This document shows positions 50,072 through 60,127 of a stretch of DNA of 64,000 nt, piece by piece; the stretch's first letter is position 1; each line of letters opens with the position of its first letter. The notes under the pieces were generated by a model that saw only the letters and a list, made by a program, of their open reading frames with translations, was not told where the DNA came from and did not search any database. Position numbers and translations under genes: made by a program. The stretch comes from Burkholderiales bacterium (GTDB taxonomy: Bacteria > Pseudomonadota > Gammaproteobacteria > Burkholderiales > Burkholderiaceae_C). The stretch is from NCBI GenBank assembly GCA_016192425.1, contig JACPUE010000066.1:99306-163305 (forward strand), read 5' to 3'.

Positions 50072-50235
50072 TGCAGCACCTGCAGTGTGGGGAATGCACA
50101 ACGTCTGAACCCAAGCGGAGCTGTGCCTATACAATCGCGCCCCGGTAAAGCCAAGGGCGTACTACGATAAGACCTCCCGCAGGTGGCACCCCGCCGCCGC
50201 AGCAGCGGGGAGCCCGTACCGCGAGGAGACAGGAC

Positions 50236-50949
50236 GTGAACGCTGCACCCAGCAAACCCAAGGCCCCTGCAAAGGCGCCTTCCGCCGATGCCCCACAGGC
50301 CCCGGCAAAAGCCAGCGCCAAGGCGGCTGCGGCGTCGGCTGACGGCTTGCCCGTGCGCAGCGCTCGGCCTTCTTCCCGCCTGGCCCAATTGACCGTACCA
50401 TCCATGCAGCAGACCGTCGCATCGACGGCCGCCAAAGCGAGCTACACGAATACCATGCCCACCACCCTGCAAGCCCCGCGTACTGCGGCTCCTAAAAAGG
50501 ATCCCAAGCTGGCCAACCACTGGAAGACCAGGCCCCTGGAGGAGCTGACCGATGCCGACGTGCTGGCCATGCCCGACAGCGAGTACATGAACGACGTCCA
50601 GATGGCCTTCTTCCGCCGCAAGCTGGTGCAGCTCAAGCAGGACATGCACAACAACGCGGGCGAAACCACCGAGCACCTGCGCGAGGACACCGTGGTTGTT
50701 CCCGACCCGGCAGACCGCGCCACCATCGAAGAAGAGCACGCCCTGGAACTGCGCACCCGCGACCGCGAGCGCAAGCTGCTCAAGAAGATCGAGCAGTCCA
50801 TCGCCCGCATCGACGCAGGCGACTACGGCTACTGCGACGAAACAGGCGAACCCATCGGCGTGGGCCGCCTGCTGGCACGCCCCACGGCCACGCTCTCGCT
50901 CGAAGCCCAGCAGCGCCGCGAGCTCAAGCAAAAAATGTTCGGCGATTGA
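50236..50949 (+). CDS. DksA-family transcription factor lacking the C4 zinc finger (DksA2-like), with an Ala/Lys/Pro-rich N-terminal extension
   Basis: DksA core (…YMNDVQMAFFRRKL…ELRTRDRERKLLKKIEQSIARIDAGDYGYCDETGEPIG…) with only one of the four Cys residues. GTG start after a GAGGAGA RBS. Confidence 0.7.
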   Translation: MNAAPSKPKAPAKAPSADAPQAPAKASAKAAAASADGLPVRSARPSSRLAQLTVPSMQQTVASTAAKASYTNTMPTTLQAPRTAAPKKDPKLANHWKTRPLEELTDADVLAMPDSEYMNDVQMAFFRRKLVQLKQDMHNNAGETTEHLREDTVVVPDPADRATIEEEHALELRTRDRERKLLKKIEQSIARIDAGDYGYCDETGEPIGVGRLLARPTATLSLEAQQRRELKQKMFGD

Positions 50950-50994
50950 GAAAGCGCACCCTTTGAGTTTTTGCCGCGCAACACGCCAGCCATC

Positions 50995-52734
50995 ATGAGC
51001 AAGGACGACAATCCCTCCTCCGGCGGCGGCCTCCTGTCCAAGGTGGTGCGTTTCGTGCGCAACCCCACGGTCAACTGGTCCGAGCTGGACTCCATCCAGG
51101 ACGACAAGGAGAGCCAGTACAGCAAGCAGATGCTCAAGGAAATGATCGAGCGCAAGCGCCGCAACGACTTCGTGCGCCGCCGCGAATTCGATCAACTGCG
51201 CAAGCTGCGCCAGCGCGACGCGCTCAGCGGCCAGCGCACGGCCGACCTGGCAGCGCGCCCCTCGTTCTTCCAGAGCAGCCTCACCTCGCCCGGCGAGCGC
51301 GCCGTCACGATCAAGAAGATCGACGAGATCGAGGCGCAAATGTCCATGCAGTGGTGGAAGAGCAAGCAGGCGGGCGAAAACCCCGAAAGCACAGCCCCCA
51401 TGCAGGCGGGTGCTGCCCTGGCCAATGCGCCCACCATGCCCGCGCCGGCCAATGCCTATGCGCCAACGGCGCCCCTGGATCTGCAACCCACCCCTCCCGT
51501 GCGCACGGCGCCAGAGCCGCTGTTTGCGGGCGACAGCCTGGCCGCACAGGAAACCCCCGTTCCGCAGGAAGAGCCCGATGTGGCCACCTGGAACATGGGC
51601 GCGGGCAGCTCTGCACCTCGGGCCGCACCGGCCTTGGAGAAATTCGTGCACGAACCCGACCTCGAAGAAGCCGCCATCCGCTTTGCCAATGGCGACTACG
51701 CGGGCGCAGAGGCGGGCCTGCTGGAAGTGCTGGAGCGCCACAGTGCCGACGGAGCCGACGCCCAGTTCGACATCTGGATGACGCTGTTCGACCTGTACCG
51801 CGCCACCGGCCAGCAGGACCGGTTCGATGCACTGGCCATCGACTTTGCCGGGCGCTTTGCGCGCTCGGCCCCGCTGTGGTTCTCCATCCCCGAACAACTG
51901 GGCCTGCAGGCGGCCGTGCAGGCAGAGCCTGCCGCACCCAAGCGCGAATTTTCCTGGAACGCACCCGCCGCCATGGCGCTGCAGTCCGTGGCCGCGCTGC
52001 AGGCGTCCATCAACCGCTCGGCCTCCCCCTGGACGCTGACCTGGACGCGCCTCAAGTCCATTGAAGATGCGGCGGTCACCGCACTGGCCAACGAGTTCAG
52101 CCGCTGGGCCGACATGAAAGGGCAGTTCGTATTCACGGGCGCGCAAGCGCTGCTGACCCTGCTGCAGGAACACACCCAGTCGGGCGACCGCGAGGCCAAC
52201 CCCGAATGGTGGCGCCTGCGCATGGCAGTGCTGCGCTTCATGGGGCAGGCCGACGAGTTCGAGATGGTGGCGCTGGACTACTGCGTCACCTACGAAGTGT
52301 CGCCGCCGTCCTGGGCCAACCCCCTGTGCGGCTACAGCGACGACGCCACCCCCGAGGCCGCACCCGCAGCGCAGCCAGCGCAAGACCTGGTCGCGCGGCC
52401 GCACTGGAAAGACAGCACCACCCCGGCGCCGCTCACAGGCTTTGGCGATTCGGTACCCGCGCTGGCCGGGCTCACCGGCCACATCGAGGGCGACGCCACC
52501 CACCTGCTCGAAGGCATGCAGGACCATGTGCCAGCGGGCCATCCGCTGGCCATCCCGTGCGACAAGCTCATCCGCATCGACTTCACCGCGGCGGGCTCGG
52601 TGCTCAACTGGGCCGCCCAGCAGCAGGCCCAAGGGCGCGAGGTGCAGTTCCATAACCTGCACCGCCTGGTGGCCGTGCTGTTCAACGTGCTGGGCGTCAA
52701 CGAGCACGCCTGGGTGCTGCCGCGAAAAAATTAG
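50995..52734 (+). CDS. hypothetical protein (N-terminal charged/low-complexity region; two C-terminal repeats, possibly STAS-like)
   Basis: 579-aa ORF with good coding statistics. No confident family assignment. Confidence 0.5.
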   Translation: MSKDDNPSSGGGLLSKVVRFVRNPTVNWSELDSIQDDKESQYSKQMLKEMIERKRRNDFVRRREFDQLRKLRQRDALSGQRTADLAARPSFFQSSLTSPGERAVTIKKIDEIEAQMSMQWWKSKQAGENPESTAPMQAGAALANAPTMPAPANAYAPTAPLDLQPTPPVRTAPEPLFAGDSLAAQETPVPQEEPDVATWNMGAGSSAPRAAPALEKFVHEPDLEEAAIRFANGDYAGAEAGLLEVLERHSADGADAQFDIWMTLFDLYRATGQQDRFDALAIDFAGRFARSAPLWFSIPEQLGLQAAVQAEPAAPKREFSWNAPAAMALQSVAALQASINRSASPWTLTWTRLKSIEDAAVTALANEFSRWADMKGQFVFTGAQALLTLLQEHTQSGDREANPEWWRLRMAVLRFMGQADEFEMVALDYCVTYEVSPPSWANPLCGYSDDATPEAAPAAQPAQDLVARPHWKDSTTPAPLTGFGDSVPALAGLTGHIEGDATHLLEGMQDHVPAGHPLAIPCDKLIRIDFTAAGSVLNWAAQQQAQGREVQFHNLHRLVAVLFNVLGVNEHAWVLPRKN

Positions 52735-52737
52735 CAT

Positions 52738-52860
52738 GCTCCCCCCTGAGGCCCTGCGGGCCTTCCCCCCTCTCTCGAATCGCTGCGCGATTCGGGAGGG
52801 GGGACGCTCCCAGCGCGGCGGGGCGGCCCTTGCGCGGGAGCCCTGGTCTGGGGCGCGCCA
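52738..52860 (+). repeat. REP-like repeat, copy 7
   Basis: Same consensus. Upstream of hslV. Confidence 0.8.
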
Positions 52861-52939
52861 GTTTCACGCGGCACTGGAAGCGGCAGCACCACTAAAAACT
52901 GACTTGTATTGATGGTGGGCGCCCCCACCTACGCGCCCT

Positions 52940-53503
52940 ATGACCGCATCCAACGAATCCCCGGTGTTCCACGGGACCACCATCCTCAGCGTGCGCCGCC
53001 AGACCCCGCAGGGCGTGCAGGTCGCCATTGGCGGCGACGGCCAGGTCACGCTGGGCAACATCGTCGTCAAGGGCACGGCGCGCAAGGTGCGCAAGCTGCA
53101 CCATGGCAAGGTGCTGGCGGGCTTTGCCGGCGCCACGGCCGACGCCTTCACGCTGTTCGAACGCTTTGAAGCCAAGCTGGACAAGCACCAGGGCCACCTG
53201 GTGCGCGCCGCCATCGAGCTGACCAAGGACTGGCGCACCGACCGCGTGCTGCGCCGCCTGGAGGCCATGCTGGCCGTGGCCGACCGCGAGGCATCGCTCA
53301 TCATCACCGGCAACGGCGACGTGCTGGAGCCCGAGCAAGGCATCGTGGCCATCGGCTCGGGCGGGGCCTATGCGCATTCGGCCGCCAAGGCGCTGCTGAC
53401 CAACACCGAACTGGGCGCCGAAGACATCGTGCGCAAGTCGCTTGCGATTGCCGGTGAGCTGTGCATCTACACCAACATGCACCACACCATCGAAACCCTG
53501 TAA
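52940..53503 (+). CDS. hslV: ATP-dependent protease subunit HslV
   Basis: …[10 protein letters not shown]…[14 protein letters not shown]…. Confidence 0.9.
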   Translation: MTASNESPVFHGTTILSVRRQTPQGVQVAIGGDGQVTLGNIVVKGTARKVRKLHHGKVLAGFAGATADAFTLFERFEAKLDKHQGHLVRAAIELTKDWRTDRVLRRLEAMLAVADREASLIITGNGDVLEPEQGIVAIGSGGAYAHSAAKALLTNTELGAEDIVRKSLAIAGELCIYTNMHHTIETL

Positions 53504-53513
53504 GTACACTGAG

Positions 53514-53553
53514 TTGCTATTGAATTGATAGCTGCTTGCGCTTGATTGACGGG
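53514..53553 (-). repeat. AT-rich motif copy (intergenic, between hslV and hslU)
   Basis: Reverse complement CCGTCAATCAAGCGCAAGCAGCTATCAATTCAATAGCAAC is nearly identical to the copy at 8288. Confidence 0.75.
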
Positions 53554-53585
53554 CGCTATGTACCGATTTGATTGGAATTTTCTCC

Positions 53586-54908
53586 ATGTCTTCCATGACC
53601 CCCCAGGAAATCGTTTCCGAGCTGGACCGCCACATCGTCGGCCAGTCCAAGGCCAAGCGGGCCGTGGCCATTGCGCTGCGCAACCGCTGGCGCCGCCAGC
53701 AGGTGCAAGAGCCCCTGCGCCACGAAATCACGCCCAAGAACATCCTCATGATCGGCCCCACGGGCGTGGGCAAGACCGAAATCGCGCGGCGCCTGGCACG
53801 CCTGGCCGATGCGCCCTTCATCAAGGTCGAGGCCACCAAGTTCACCGAGGTGGGCTATGTGGGCAAGGACGTGGACACCATCATCCGCGACCTGATGGAA
53901 GTGGCCGTCAAGCAGGAGCGCGAGGTGCAGACGCGCCAGGTGCGCACGCGCGCCGAAGACGCGGCCGAGGAGCGCATCCTGGACGTGCTCATCCCCGTGG
54001 CGCGCGCCCCTGGCAGCGAGCCGCCGCCCGACAGCACCGCGCGCCAGGTGTTCCGCAAAAAGCTGCGCGAGGGCCAGTTGGACGACAAGGAAATCGAGAT
54101 CGAACTGGCCGAGGCCCGCCCGCAGCTCGAAATCATGGGCCCCGCAGGCATGGAGGACATGGCCGAGCAGCTGCGCGGCATGTTTAGCCAGATGGGGCAG
54201 GGTAAGCGCAAGGCGCGCAAGCTCAGCATTGCCGAAGCGCGGCGCCAGCTCGTCGAGGAAGAAGCGGCCAAGCTGGTCAACGAGGAAGAGATCAAGCAGC
54301 GCGCCCTGCTCAGCGCCGAGCAGAATGGCATCGTCTTCATCGACGAGATCGACAAGGTGGCCGCGCGCCAGGAGAGCAGCGGCGCCGATGTCTCGCGCCA
54401 GGGTGTGCAGCGCGACCTGCTGCCGCTGGTGGAAGGCACCACGGTGCACACCAAGTACGGCATGGTCAAGACCGACCACATCCTGTTCATTGCCTCCGGC
54501 GCCTTCCACCTGGCCAAGCCCAGCGACCTGATTCCCGAGCTGCAGGGGCGCTTCCCGATCCGCGTGGAGCTCGATTCGCTCTCGGTGCAGGACTTTGAAG
54601 CCATCCTCACGCAGACACACGCCTCGCTGGTGCGCCAGTACCAGGCGCTGCTGGCCACCGAGGGCGTGGCGCTGGAGTTCACGCCCGAAGGCATCACGCG
54701 CCTGGCGCACATTGCCTTTGAAGTGAACGAGCGCACCGAAAACATTGGCGCGCGCCGCCTGGCCACGGTGATGGAGCGTTTGCTCGACGAGGTGAGTTTT
54801 GACGCCGCGCACCGCGCGGGCCAGACGGTGGTCATCGACGCAGCCTACGTCGATGCGCGCCTGCAGGCCCTGTCGCAAGACGAAGACCTCTCGCGCTTCA
54901 TTCTGTAA
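53586..54908 (+). CDS. hslU: ATP-dependent protease ATPase subunit HslU
   Basis: …[21 protein letters not shown]…[17 protein letters not shown]…. Confidence 0.95.
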   Translation: MSSMTPQEIVSELDRHIVGQSKAKRAVAIALRNRWRRQQVQEPLRHEITPKNILMIGPTGVGKTEIARRLARLADAPFIKVEATKFTEVGYVGKDVDTIIRDLMEVAVKQEREVQTRQVRTRAEDAAEERILDVLIPVARAPGSEPPPDSTARQVFRKKLREGQLDDKEIEIELAEARPQLEIMGPAGMEDMAEQLRGMFSQMGQGKRKARKLSIAEARRQLVEEEAAKLVNEEEIKQRALLSAEQNGIVFIDEIDKVAARQESSGADVSRQGVQRDLLPLVEGTTVHTKYGMVKTDHILFIASGAFHLAKPSDLIPELQGRFPIRVELDSLSVQDFEAILTQTHASLVRQYQALLATEGVALEFTPEGITRLAHIAFEVNERTENIGARRLATVMERLLDEVSFDAAHRAGQTVVIDAAYVDARLQALSQDEDLSRFIL

Positions 54909-55144
54909 AGTGCCTTTTCGGTGCGGGCCGCCCGATCCCTTGGGGGAGCGGGCGGCCTGTGTCTTTGGAATGCTGCAAAAGGGCAGACCACCCGCATGCC
55001 TCAGGTGTTACTTTCATAGGCGCGTCTAACTGCTTTGCGCAAAAGGTTTTTTGCCTGACAGACACATGCAAAACAACACCTAAGTCCTTGATTTCATTGC
55101 AAGAAGTTGTTGCAAACCCTGTTGTGAACACTGCTTTTCCTGTT

Positions 55145-55185
55145 ACAGTGCAAAAAAGTGCAATTAGGTGGTGAAAAGTGCCATT
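55145..55185 (+). promoter_or_regulatory. candidate MraZ operator: three AAAGTGC(A/C)A direct repeats with 10-bp phasing in the dcw promoter region
   Basis: AGTGCAA at 55147 and 55157; AGTGCCA at 55177. Confidence 0.4.
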
Positions 55186-55239
55186 TTCGGCCCGTGGCAG
55201 GCCGGTGGTGGGTTCAATCAACAGCAAGGGGTCGGGGCA

Positions 55240-55668
55240 GTGTTTCAAGGGGCGTCTTCGCTCAGTCTGGATGCGAAGGGTCGGCTTTCTGTGCCGACCC
55301 GGCACCGTGACGTCCTGAGCGCAACCGCTGCGGGCCAGCTCACCATCACCAAACACCCGCATGGCTGCCTCATGGTGTTTCCGCGCCCCGAGTGGGAGAA
55401 GTTCCGCGGCCGCATCGCCGAGCTGCCCATGTCGGCCCAGTGGTGGAAGCGCATCTTCCTGGGCAATGCCATGGACGTGGACATGGACGCCACCGGCCGC
55501 GTGCTCATCGCGCCCGAACTGCGCCAGGCCGCAGGCATCACCAAGGACGCCATGCTGCTGGGCATGGGCCAGCACTTCGAGCTGTGGGACAAGGCCACCT
55601 ACGACGCCCAGGAGGCGTTGGCCATGCAGGGCGAAATGCCCGATGTGTTCAAGGACTTCTCTTTCTGA
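55240..55668 (+). CDS. mraZ: transcriptional regulator MraZ
   Basis: GTG start. …[14 protein letters not shown]… duplicated DXXXR-type domains. Confidence 0.85.
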   Translation: MFQGASSLSLDAKGRLSVPTRHRDVLSATAAGQLTITKHPHGCLMVFPRPEWEKFRGRIAELPMSAQWWKRIFLGNAMDVDMDATGRVLIAPELRQAAGITKDAMLLGMGQHFELWDKATYDAQEALAMQGEMPDVFKDFSF

Positions 55669-56605
55669 GGCGCGCTTGAATCCCACGGCTGCACACACCA
55701 CCGTACTGCTGGACGAAGCGGTCGATGCACTCCTGGCGGGCGCGGGCGACGCGCCTGCGGGCCTGTGGGTCGATGCCACCTTCGGGCGCGGGGGGCATTC
55801 GCGGCGCATCCTCTCACGGCTCTCGCCCCAGGGGCGCCTGCTGGCCTTCGACAAGGACCCCGAAGCCATCCAAGAAGCAGCGCGCATCCAGGATGCGCGT
55901 TTTTCCATTCGGCACGAAGGTTTTCGCCATCTGGCCGACCTGCCGGTCGGCAGCGCCGCTGGCGTGCTGATGGATCTCGGCGTGAGTTCGCCCCAGATCG
56001 ATACCCCCGAGCGGGGTTTCAGTTTCCGTTTCGATGGCCCGCTGGACATGCGCATGGACACCACGCGCGGCCAAAGCGTGGCCGAGTGGCTGGCCAGTGC
56101 CGAAGTAGGGCAGATTGCGGAGGTGATACGTGAATACGGTGAAGAACGGTTTGCTGGCCCCATTGCAAAGGCGATTGTTGCTCGGCGGCAGGAACGGGGT
56201 CCTGTTGCATCCACCGCAGAACTGGCCGAGCTCGTGGCTGGCGCGGTCAAAACCCGCGAGCCGGGCCAGAACCCTGCAACGCGCACATTTCAAGCTCTTC
56301 GGATTTTCATCAACGCCGAGCTTGAAGAGCTGCAACAGGCGCTAGAGGCCAGCCTGTCGGTGCTGCAGCCGGGCGGCAGGCTGGTGGTCATCAGCTTCCA
56401 CTCGCTCGAAGACCGCATCGTCAAGCAGTTCATCGCGCAGCACTCCAAGGAGGTGTACGACCGCCGCGCCCCCTTTGCCGCGCCGCAGCCCATGCGGCTC
56501 AAGGCGCTGGCGCGCACCAAACCCGGCGCTGCCGAGGTGGCCGCCAACCCGCGCGCACGCAGCGCCGTGATGCGCGTGGCCGAGCGTACAGAGGTTCCGG
56601 CATGA
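55643..56605 (+). CDS. rsmH: 16S rRNA (cytosine1402-N4)-methyltransferase
   Basis: …[13 protein letters not shown]…[11 protein letters not shown]…. An alternative TTG start at 55676 is possible. Confidence 0.85.
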   Translation: MCSRTSLSEARLNPTAAHTTVLLDEAVDALLAGAGDAPAGLWVDATFGRGGHSRRILSRLSPQGRLLAFDKDPEAIQEAARIQDARFSIRHEGFRHLADLPVGSAAGVLMDLGVSSPQIDTPERGFSFRFDGPLDMRMDTTRGQSVAEWLASAEVGQIAEVIREYGEERFAGPIAKAIVARRQERGPVASTAELAELVAGAVKTREPGQNPATRTFQALRIFINAELEELQQALEASLSVLQPGGRLVVISFHSLEDRIVKQFIAQHSKEVYDRRAPFAAPQPMRLKALARTKPGAAEVAANPRARSAVMRVAERTEVPA

Positions 56606-56898
56606 TCCGCCTGAACCTTGCCCTGTTGCTGGCGGTGATCGCCAGTGCGCTGTACCTCGTGCACACGCAGTACGCATCGCGCCAGCTCTATACCGAGCTG
56701 GACCGCGCCACGGCCGAAGCGCGGCGCCTGGAAACCGAGCACCAGCGCCTGCAGGTGGAAAAGCGCGCCCAGGCCACGCCGCTGCGGGTGGAGCAACTGG
56801 CGCGCGCGCGCCTGCAGATGCGCACCGCCACACCGGCCATCACGCAGTACGTGGTGGATCCGCTGCCAGCGCAGCCGGCATCGGAGGCGCGCCGATGA
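56602..56898 (+). CDS. ftsL: cell division protein FtsL
   Basis: Small single-TM protein between rsmH and ftsI. Confidence 0.8.
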   Translation: MIRLNLALLLAVIASALYLVHTQYASRQLYTELDRATAEARRLETEHQRLQVEKRAQATPLRVEQLARARLQMRTATPAITQYVVDPLPAQPASEARR

Positions 56899-58640
56899 GC
56901 CGCAGCGTGCTTTACGCCACCAGCCCGCTGCTGGCCAGCAAGACTCCGGTCTGGCGCAGCAAGTTCATCGTGGGCATGATCGCCCTGGGTTTCGTGGGCC
57001 TGGGCATGCGCGCTGCCTATGTGCAGGTGGTGGGCAACGAGTTCTTCCAGCACCAGGGCGAGGTGCGCTTTGCGCGCACCCTGGAGCTGCCCGCCAACCG
57101 GGGGCGCCTTCTGGACCGCAACGGCCTCATCCTGGCCTCCAGCGTGCCGGCGGCCAGCATCTGGGCCATCCCTGAAGACGTGGAGCACGACGACCCCCAG
57201 GTGCGCGCCAAGCTCAAGGATCTCGCGCGGCTCATGGGCATGCCGCCCAAGGACCTGATGGCCAAGCTGGCCGACGAGGACAAGAGCTTTGTCTGGATCA
57301 AGCGCCAGCTCGACTGGGACCTGGGCCAGCAGATCGTTGCGCTGGGCATCAAGGGCATCTACCTGCGCAAGGAATACAAGCGCGAGTACCCTGAGGGTGA
57401 ATCGGCTGCGCACATCGTGGGCTTCACCAACGTGGAAGACAAGGGCCAGGAAGGCATGGAGCTGGCCTTCAACGACCTGCTGGCGGGCAAGCCGGGCTCG
57501 CGCCGCGTGATCAAGGACCGCCTGGGCCGCGTGGTCGAGGGTGTGGGCGAGATCAGCCCCCCGGTCGATGGGCGCGACATGCAACTGTCCATCGACAGCA
57601 AGGTGCAGTTCTTTGCCTACCAGAAGCTGCGCGACCAGGTGCAGGCGCACAAGGCCAAGGCGGGCAGTGTGGTGGTGCTCGATGCCGTGACGGGCGAGGT
57701 GCTGGCTCTGGCCAACTACCCCAGCTATGCGCCCGACAAGCGCCAGAACCTCTCGGGCGAACAACTGCGCAACCGCGCGCTGACCGACACCTTCGAGCCG
57801 GGCTCGACCATGAAGCCCTTCACCATTGCGCTGGCGCTGGAGACCGGGCGCGTGCGGCCGCAGACGGTCATCGACACCACGCCGGGCCGCCTGACCATCA
57901 CCGGATCGACCATTTCGGACACGCACAACTACGGCGCGCTCACCGTGGAGGGCGTGATCCAGAAGTCCAGCAACGTGGGCACCACCAAGATCGCCATGCA
58001 AATGCCTGCGCGTGAGATGTGGGAGACCTTTTCTGCCGCAGGCTTCGGGCAAAAGCCCCAGCTCGGCTTTCCGGGCGTGGTCAGCGGCCGCCTGCGCCCC
58101 TACAAGACCTGGCGGCCCATCGAGCAGGCCACCATGTCCTACGGCTATGGCCTCTCGGCCAGCCTGTTCCAGATGGCGCGCTCCTACACCGTGTTTGCGC
58201 ACGAGGGGCAGATCATCCCGGCCACCATGCTCAAGAGCAGCGAACCCGCCGTGGGCGTGTCCGTGTTCTCGCCCAAGACGGCCGACGCCGTGCGCAAGAT
58301 GCTGCAGATGGCCGCAGGCCCTGGCGGCACGGGCCAGAAGGCGCAGACCGTGGGCTACTCCGTGGGCGGCAAGTCGGGCACCGCGCGCAAGCAGGTGGGC
58401 AAGAGCTACGCCAGCAACAAGTACCGCGCCTGGTTCACCGGCATGGCCCCCATCGACAAGCCGCGCATCATCGTCGCGGTGATGGTGGACGAGCCCAGCA
58501 ACGGTGTGTATTACGGCGGCGCGGTGGCTGCGCCCGTGTTCAGCGAAGTGGTGCAGCAGACGCTGCGCATGATGGGCGTGCAGCCCGACATGGACGTCAA
58601 GCCACAGATCGTGGCCGATGTGGTGGAGGAGCCGCTGTGA
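56895..58640 (+). CDS. ftsI: peptidoglycan D,D-transpeptidase FtsI (PBP3)
   Basis: STMKP, SSN and KSGT motifs. Confidence 0.9.
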   Translation: MSRSVLYATSPLLASKTPVWRSKFIVGMIALGFVGLGMRAAYVQVVGNEFFQHQGEVRFARTLELPANRGRLLDRNGLILASSVPAASIWAIPEDVEHDDPQVRAKLKDLARLMGMPPKDLMAKLADEDKSFVWIKRQLDWDLGQQIVALGIKGIYLRKEYKREYPEGESAAHIVGFTNVEDKGQEGMELAFNDLLAGKPGSRRVIKDRLGRVVEGVGEISPPVDGRDMQLSIDSKVQFFAYQKLRDQVQAHKAKAGSVVVLDAVTGEVLALANYPSYAPDKRQNLSGEQLRNRALTDTFEPGSTMKPFTIALALETGRVRPQTVIDTTPGRLTITGSTISDTHNYGALTVEGVIQKSSNVGTTKIAMQMPAREMWETFSAAGFGQKPQLGFPGVVSGRLRPYKTWRPIEQATMSYGYGLSASLFQMARSYTVFAHEGQIIPATMLKSSEPAVGVSVFSPKTADAVRKMLQMAAGPGGTGQKAQTVGYSVGGKSGTARKQVGKSYASNKYRAWFTGMAPIDKPRIIVAVMVDEPSNGVYYGGAVAAPVFSEVVQQTLRMMGVQPDMDVKPQIVADVVEEPL

Positions 58641-60127
58641 TCCGCACCCTGAGCAATACCCACGAGGCCGTGCAGTGGCTGCGCGCGCGCGTTACCGGCA
58701 CGCTGCAGACCGACAGCCGCCGCATCGCGCCGGGCGACGGCTTCATTGCCTGGCCCGGCGCCGCCACCGACGGCCGCGCCCATGTGCGCGACGCCCTGGT
58801 GCGCGGCGCTGCGGCCTGCCTGGTCGAGCACGAAGGCGTGCAGCCCTTTGCCCTGGCGGGCGACGAGATCGCCGCGCTGCCCCGTCTCAAGCAGGCCACG
58901 GGCGACATTGCCGCCGCCTGGTTCGGCCAGCCCAGCCAGGCGCTCGAGGTGGTGGCCGTCACGGGCACCAACGGCAAGACCAGCACCACCTGGTGGCTGG
59001 CGCAGGCGCTATCGAATCAGGAGCGATCTACGCACGGCCCGTGCGCCCTGGTTGGTACTTTGGGTGTGGGGCTGGCGGGGCGCCTGGAGCCCACGGGCAT
59101 GACCACGCCGGACCCGGTGCTGCTGCAGCGCGCCTTCCGCCGGTTTGCCGATGCCGGGGCGCGCTCGTGCGCCATCGAGGCATCTTCCATCGGCCTGGCC
59201 GAGCACCGGCTGGCGGGCACGCGCATTGCCGTGGCGGTGTTCACCAACTTCACCCAGGACCACCTGGACTACCACGCCAGCATGCCGGCCTACTGGCAGG
59301 CCAAGGCCGCGCTGTTCGACTGGCCCGGCCTGCGCGCGGCAGCCATCAACATCGACGACCCCCAGGGTGCCGCCTTGCATGCGGCCTTGCAGGGGCGCGG
59401 CATCGACCTGTGGAGCCTTTCGCAGCACACGGACGCACGCCTGCGCGCCACTGAGGTGGCCATGGGCGAGGGCGGGCTGCGTTTTCGCGTGAGCGAAGGC
59501 GCGCACAGCCTGCTGCTGCAGACGCAGGTGATCGGCAGCTACAACGTCTCCAACCTGCTGGGCGTCATCGCCGCGCAGCGTGCCCTGGGCGTGCCCTTGG
59601 AGCAGGCCGTGCACGCCTGCGAGCAATTGCTGCCCGTGCCGGGCCGCATGGAGCGCATCGTGCAGCCCGGCCAGCCGCTGGTGGCCGTGGACTACGCCCA
59701 TACCCCCGACGCCCTGCAGCAGGCCCTGCAGGCCCTGCGGCCTTTGGCGCAAGAGCGCGGCGGCCAGCTCTGGTGCGTGTTCGGCTGCGGCGGCGACCGC
59801 GATGCGGGCAAGCGCCCGCTGATGGGCGGCATCGCGCAGCGCCATGCCGACTGGGTGGTGGTCACCAGCGACAACCCGCGCAGCGAGCGGCCCACCGACA
59901 TCCTGCACCAGATCCTGCTGGGCACCATTGCCGGGGAAACCGTGCGCGCCGAACCCGACCGCGCGGCTGCCATTGGCCTGGCCCTGCAGGAAGCCGATGC
60001 GCGCGATGTGGTGCTCATCGCAGGCAAGGGCCACGAGGACTACCAGGAAACGGCGGGTGTGCGAAAGCCGTTTTCCGATATGGCACAAGCCATCGCAGCG
60101 CTCCAGCGCCGAGGAGACACCCCATGA
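58637..60127 (+). CDS. murE: UDP-N-acetylmuramoyl-L-alanyl-D-glutamate–2,6-diaminopimelate ligase
   Basis: GTG start overlapping the ftsI stop. GTNGKTSTT P-loop. Confidence 0.9.
   Translation: MIRTLSNTHEAVQWLRARVTGTLQTDSRRIAPGDGFIAWPGAATDGRAHVRDALVRGAAACLVEHEGVQPFALAGDEIAALPRLKQATGDIAAAWFGQPSQALEVVAVTGTNGKTSTTWWLAQALSNQERSTHGPCALVGTLGVGLAGRLEPTGMTTPDPVLLQRAFRRFADAGARSCAIEASSIGLAEHRLAGTRIAVAVFTNFTQDHLDYHASMPAYWQAKAALFDWPGLRAAAINIDDPQGAALHAALQGRGIDLWSLSQHTDARLRATEVAMGEGGLRFRVSEGAHSLLLQTQVIGSYNVSNLLGVIAAQRALGVPLEQAVHACEQLLPVPGRMERIVQPGQPLVAVDYAHTPDALQQALQALRPLAQERGGQLWCVFGCGGDRDAGKRPLMGGIAQRHADWVVVTSDNPRSERPTDILHQILLGTIAGETVRAEPDRAAAIGLALQEADARDVVLIAGKGHEDYQETAGVRKPFSDMAQAIAALQRRGDTP

Noticed and set aside
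52903-52931. Sigma-32 promoter for hslVU (CTTGTAT-N13-CCCCACCT).
   Set aside because: Plausible, but the predicted TSS would fall 3 bp from the annotated ATG and no RBS is evident. The true hslV start may be further downstream, so this was left uncalled.
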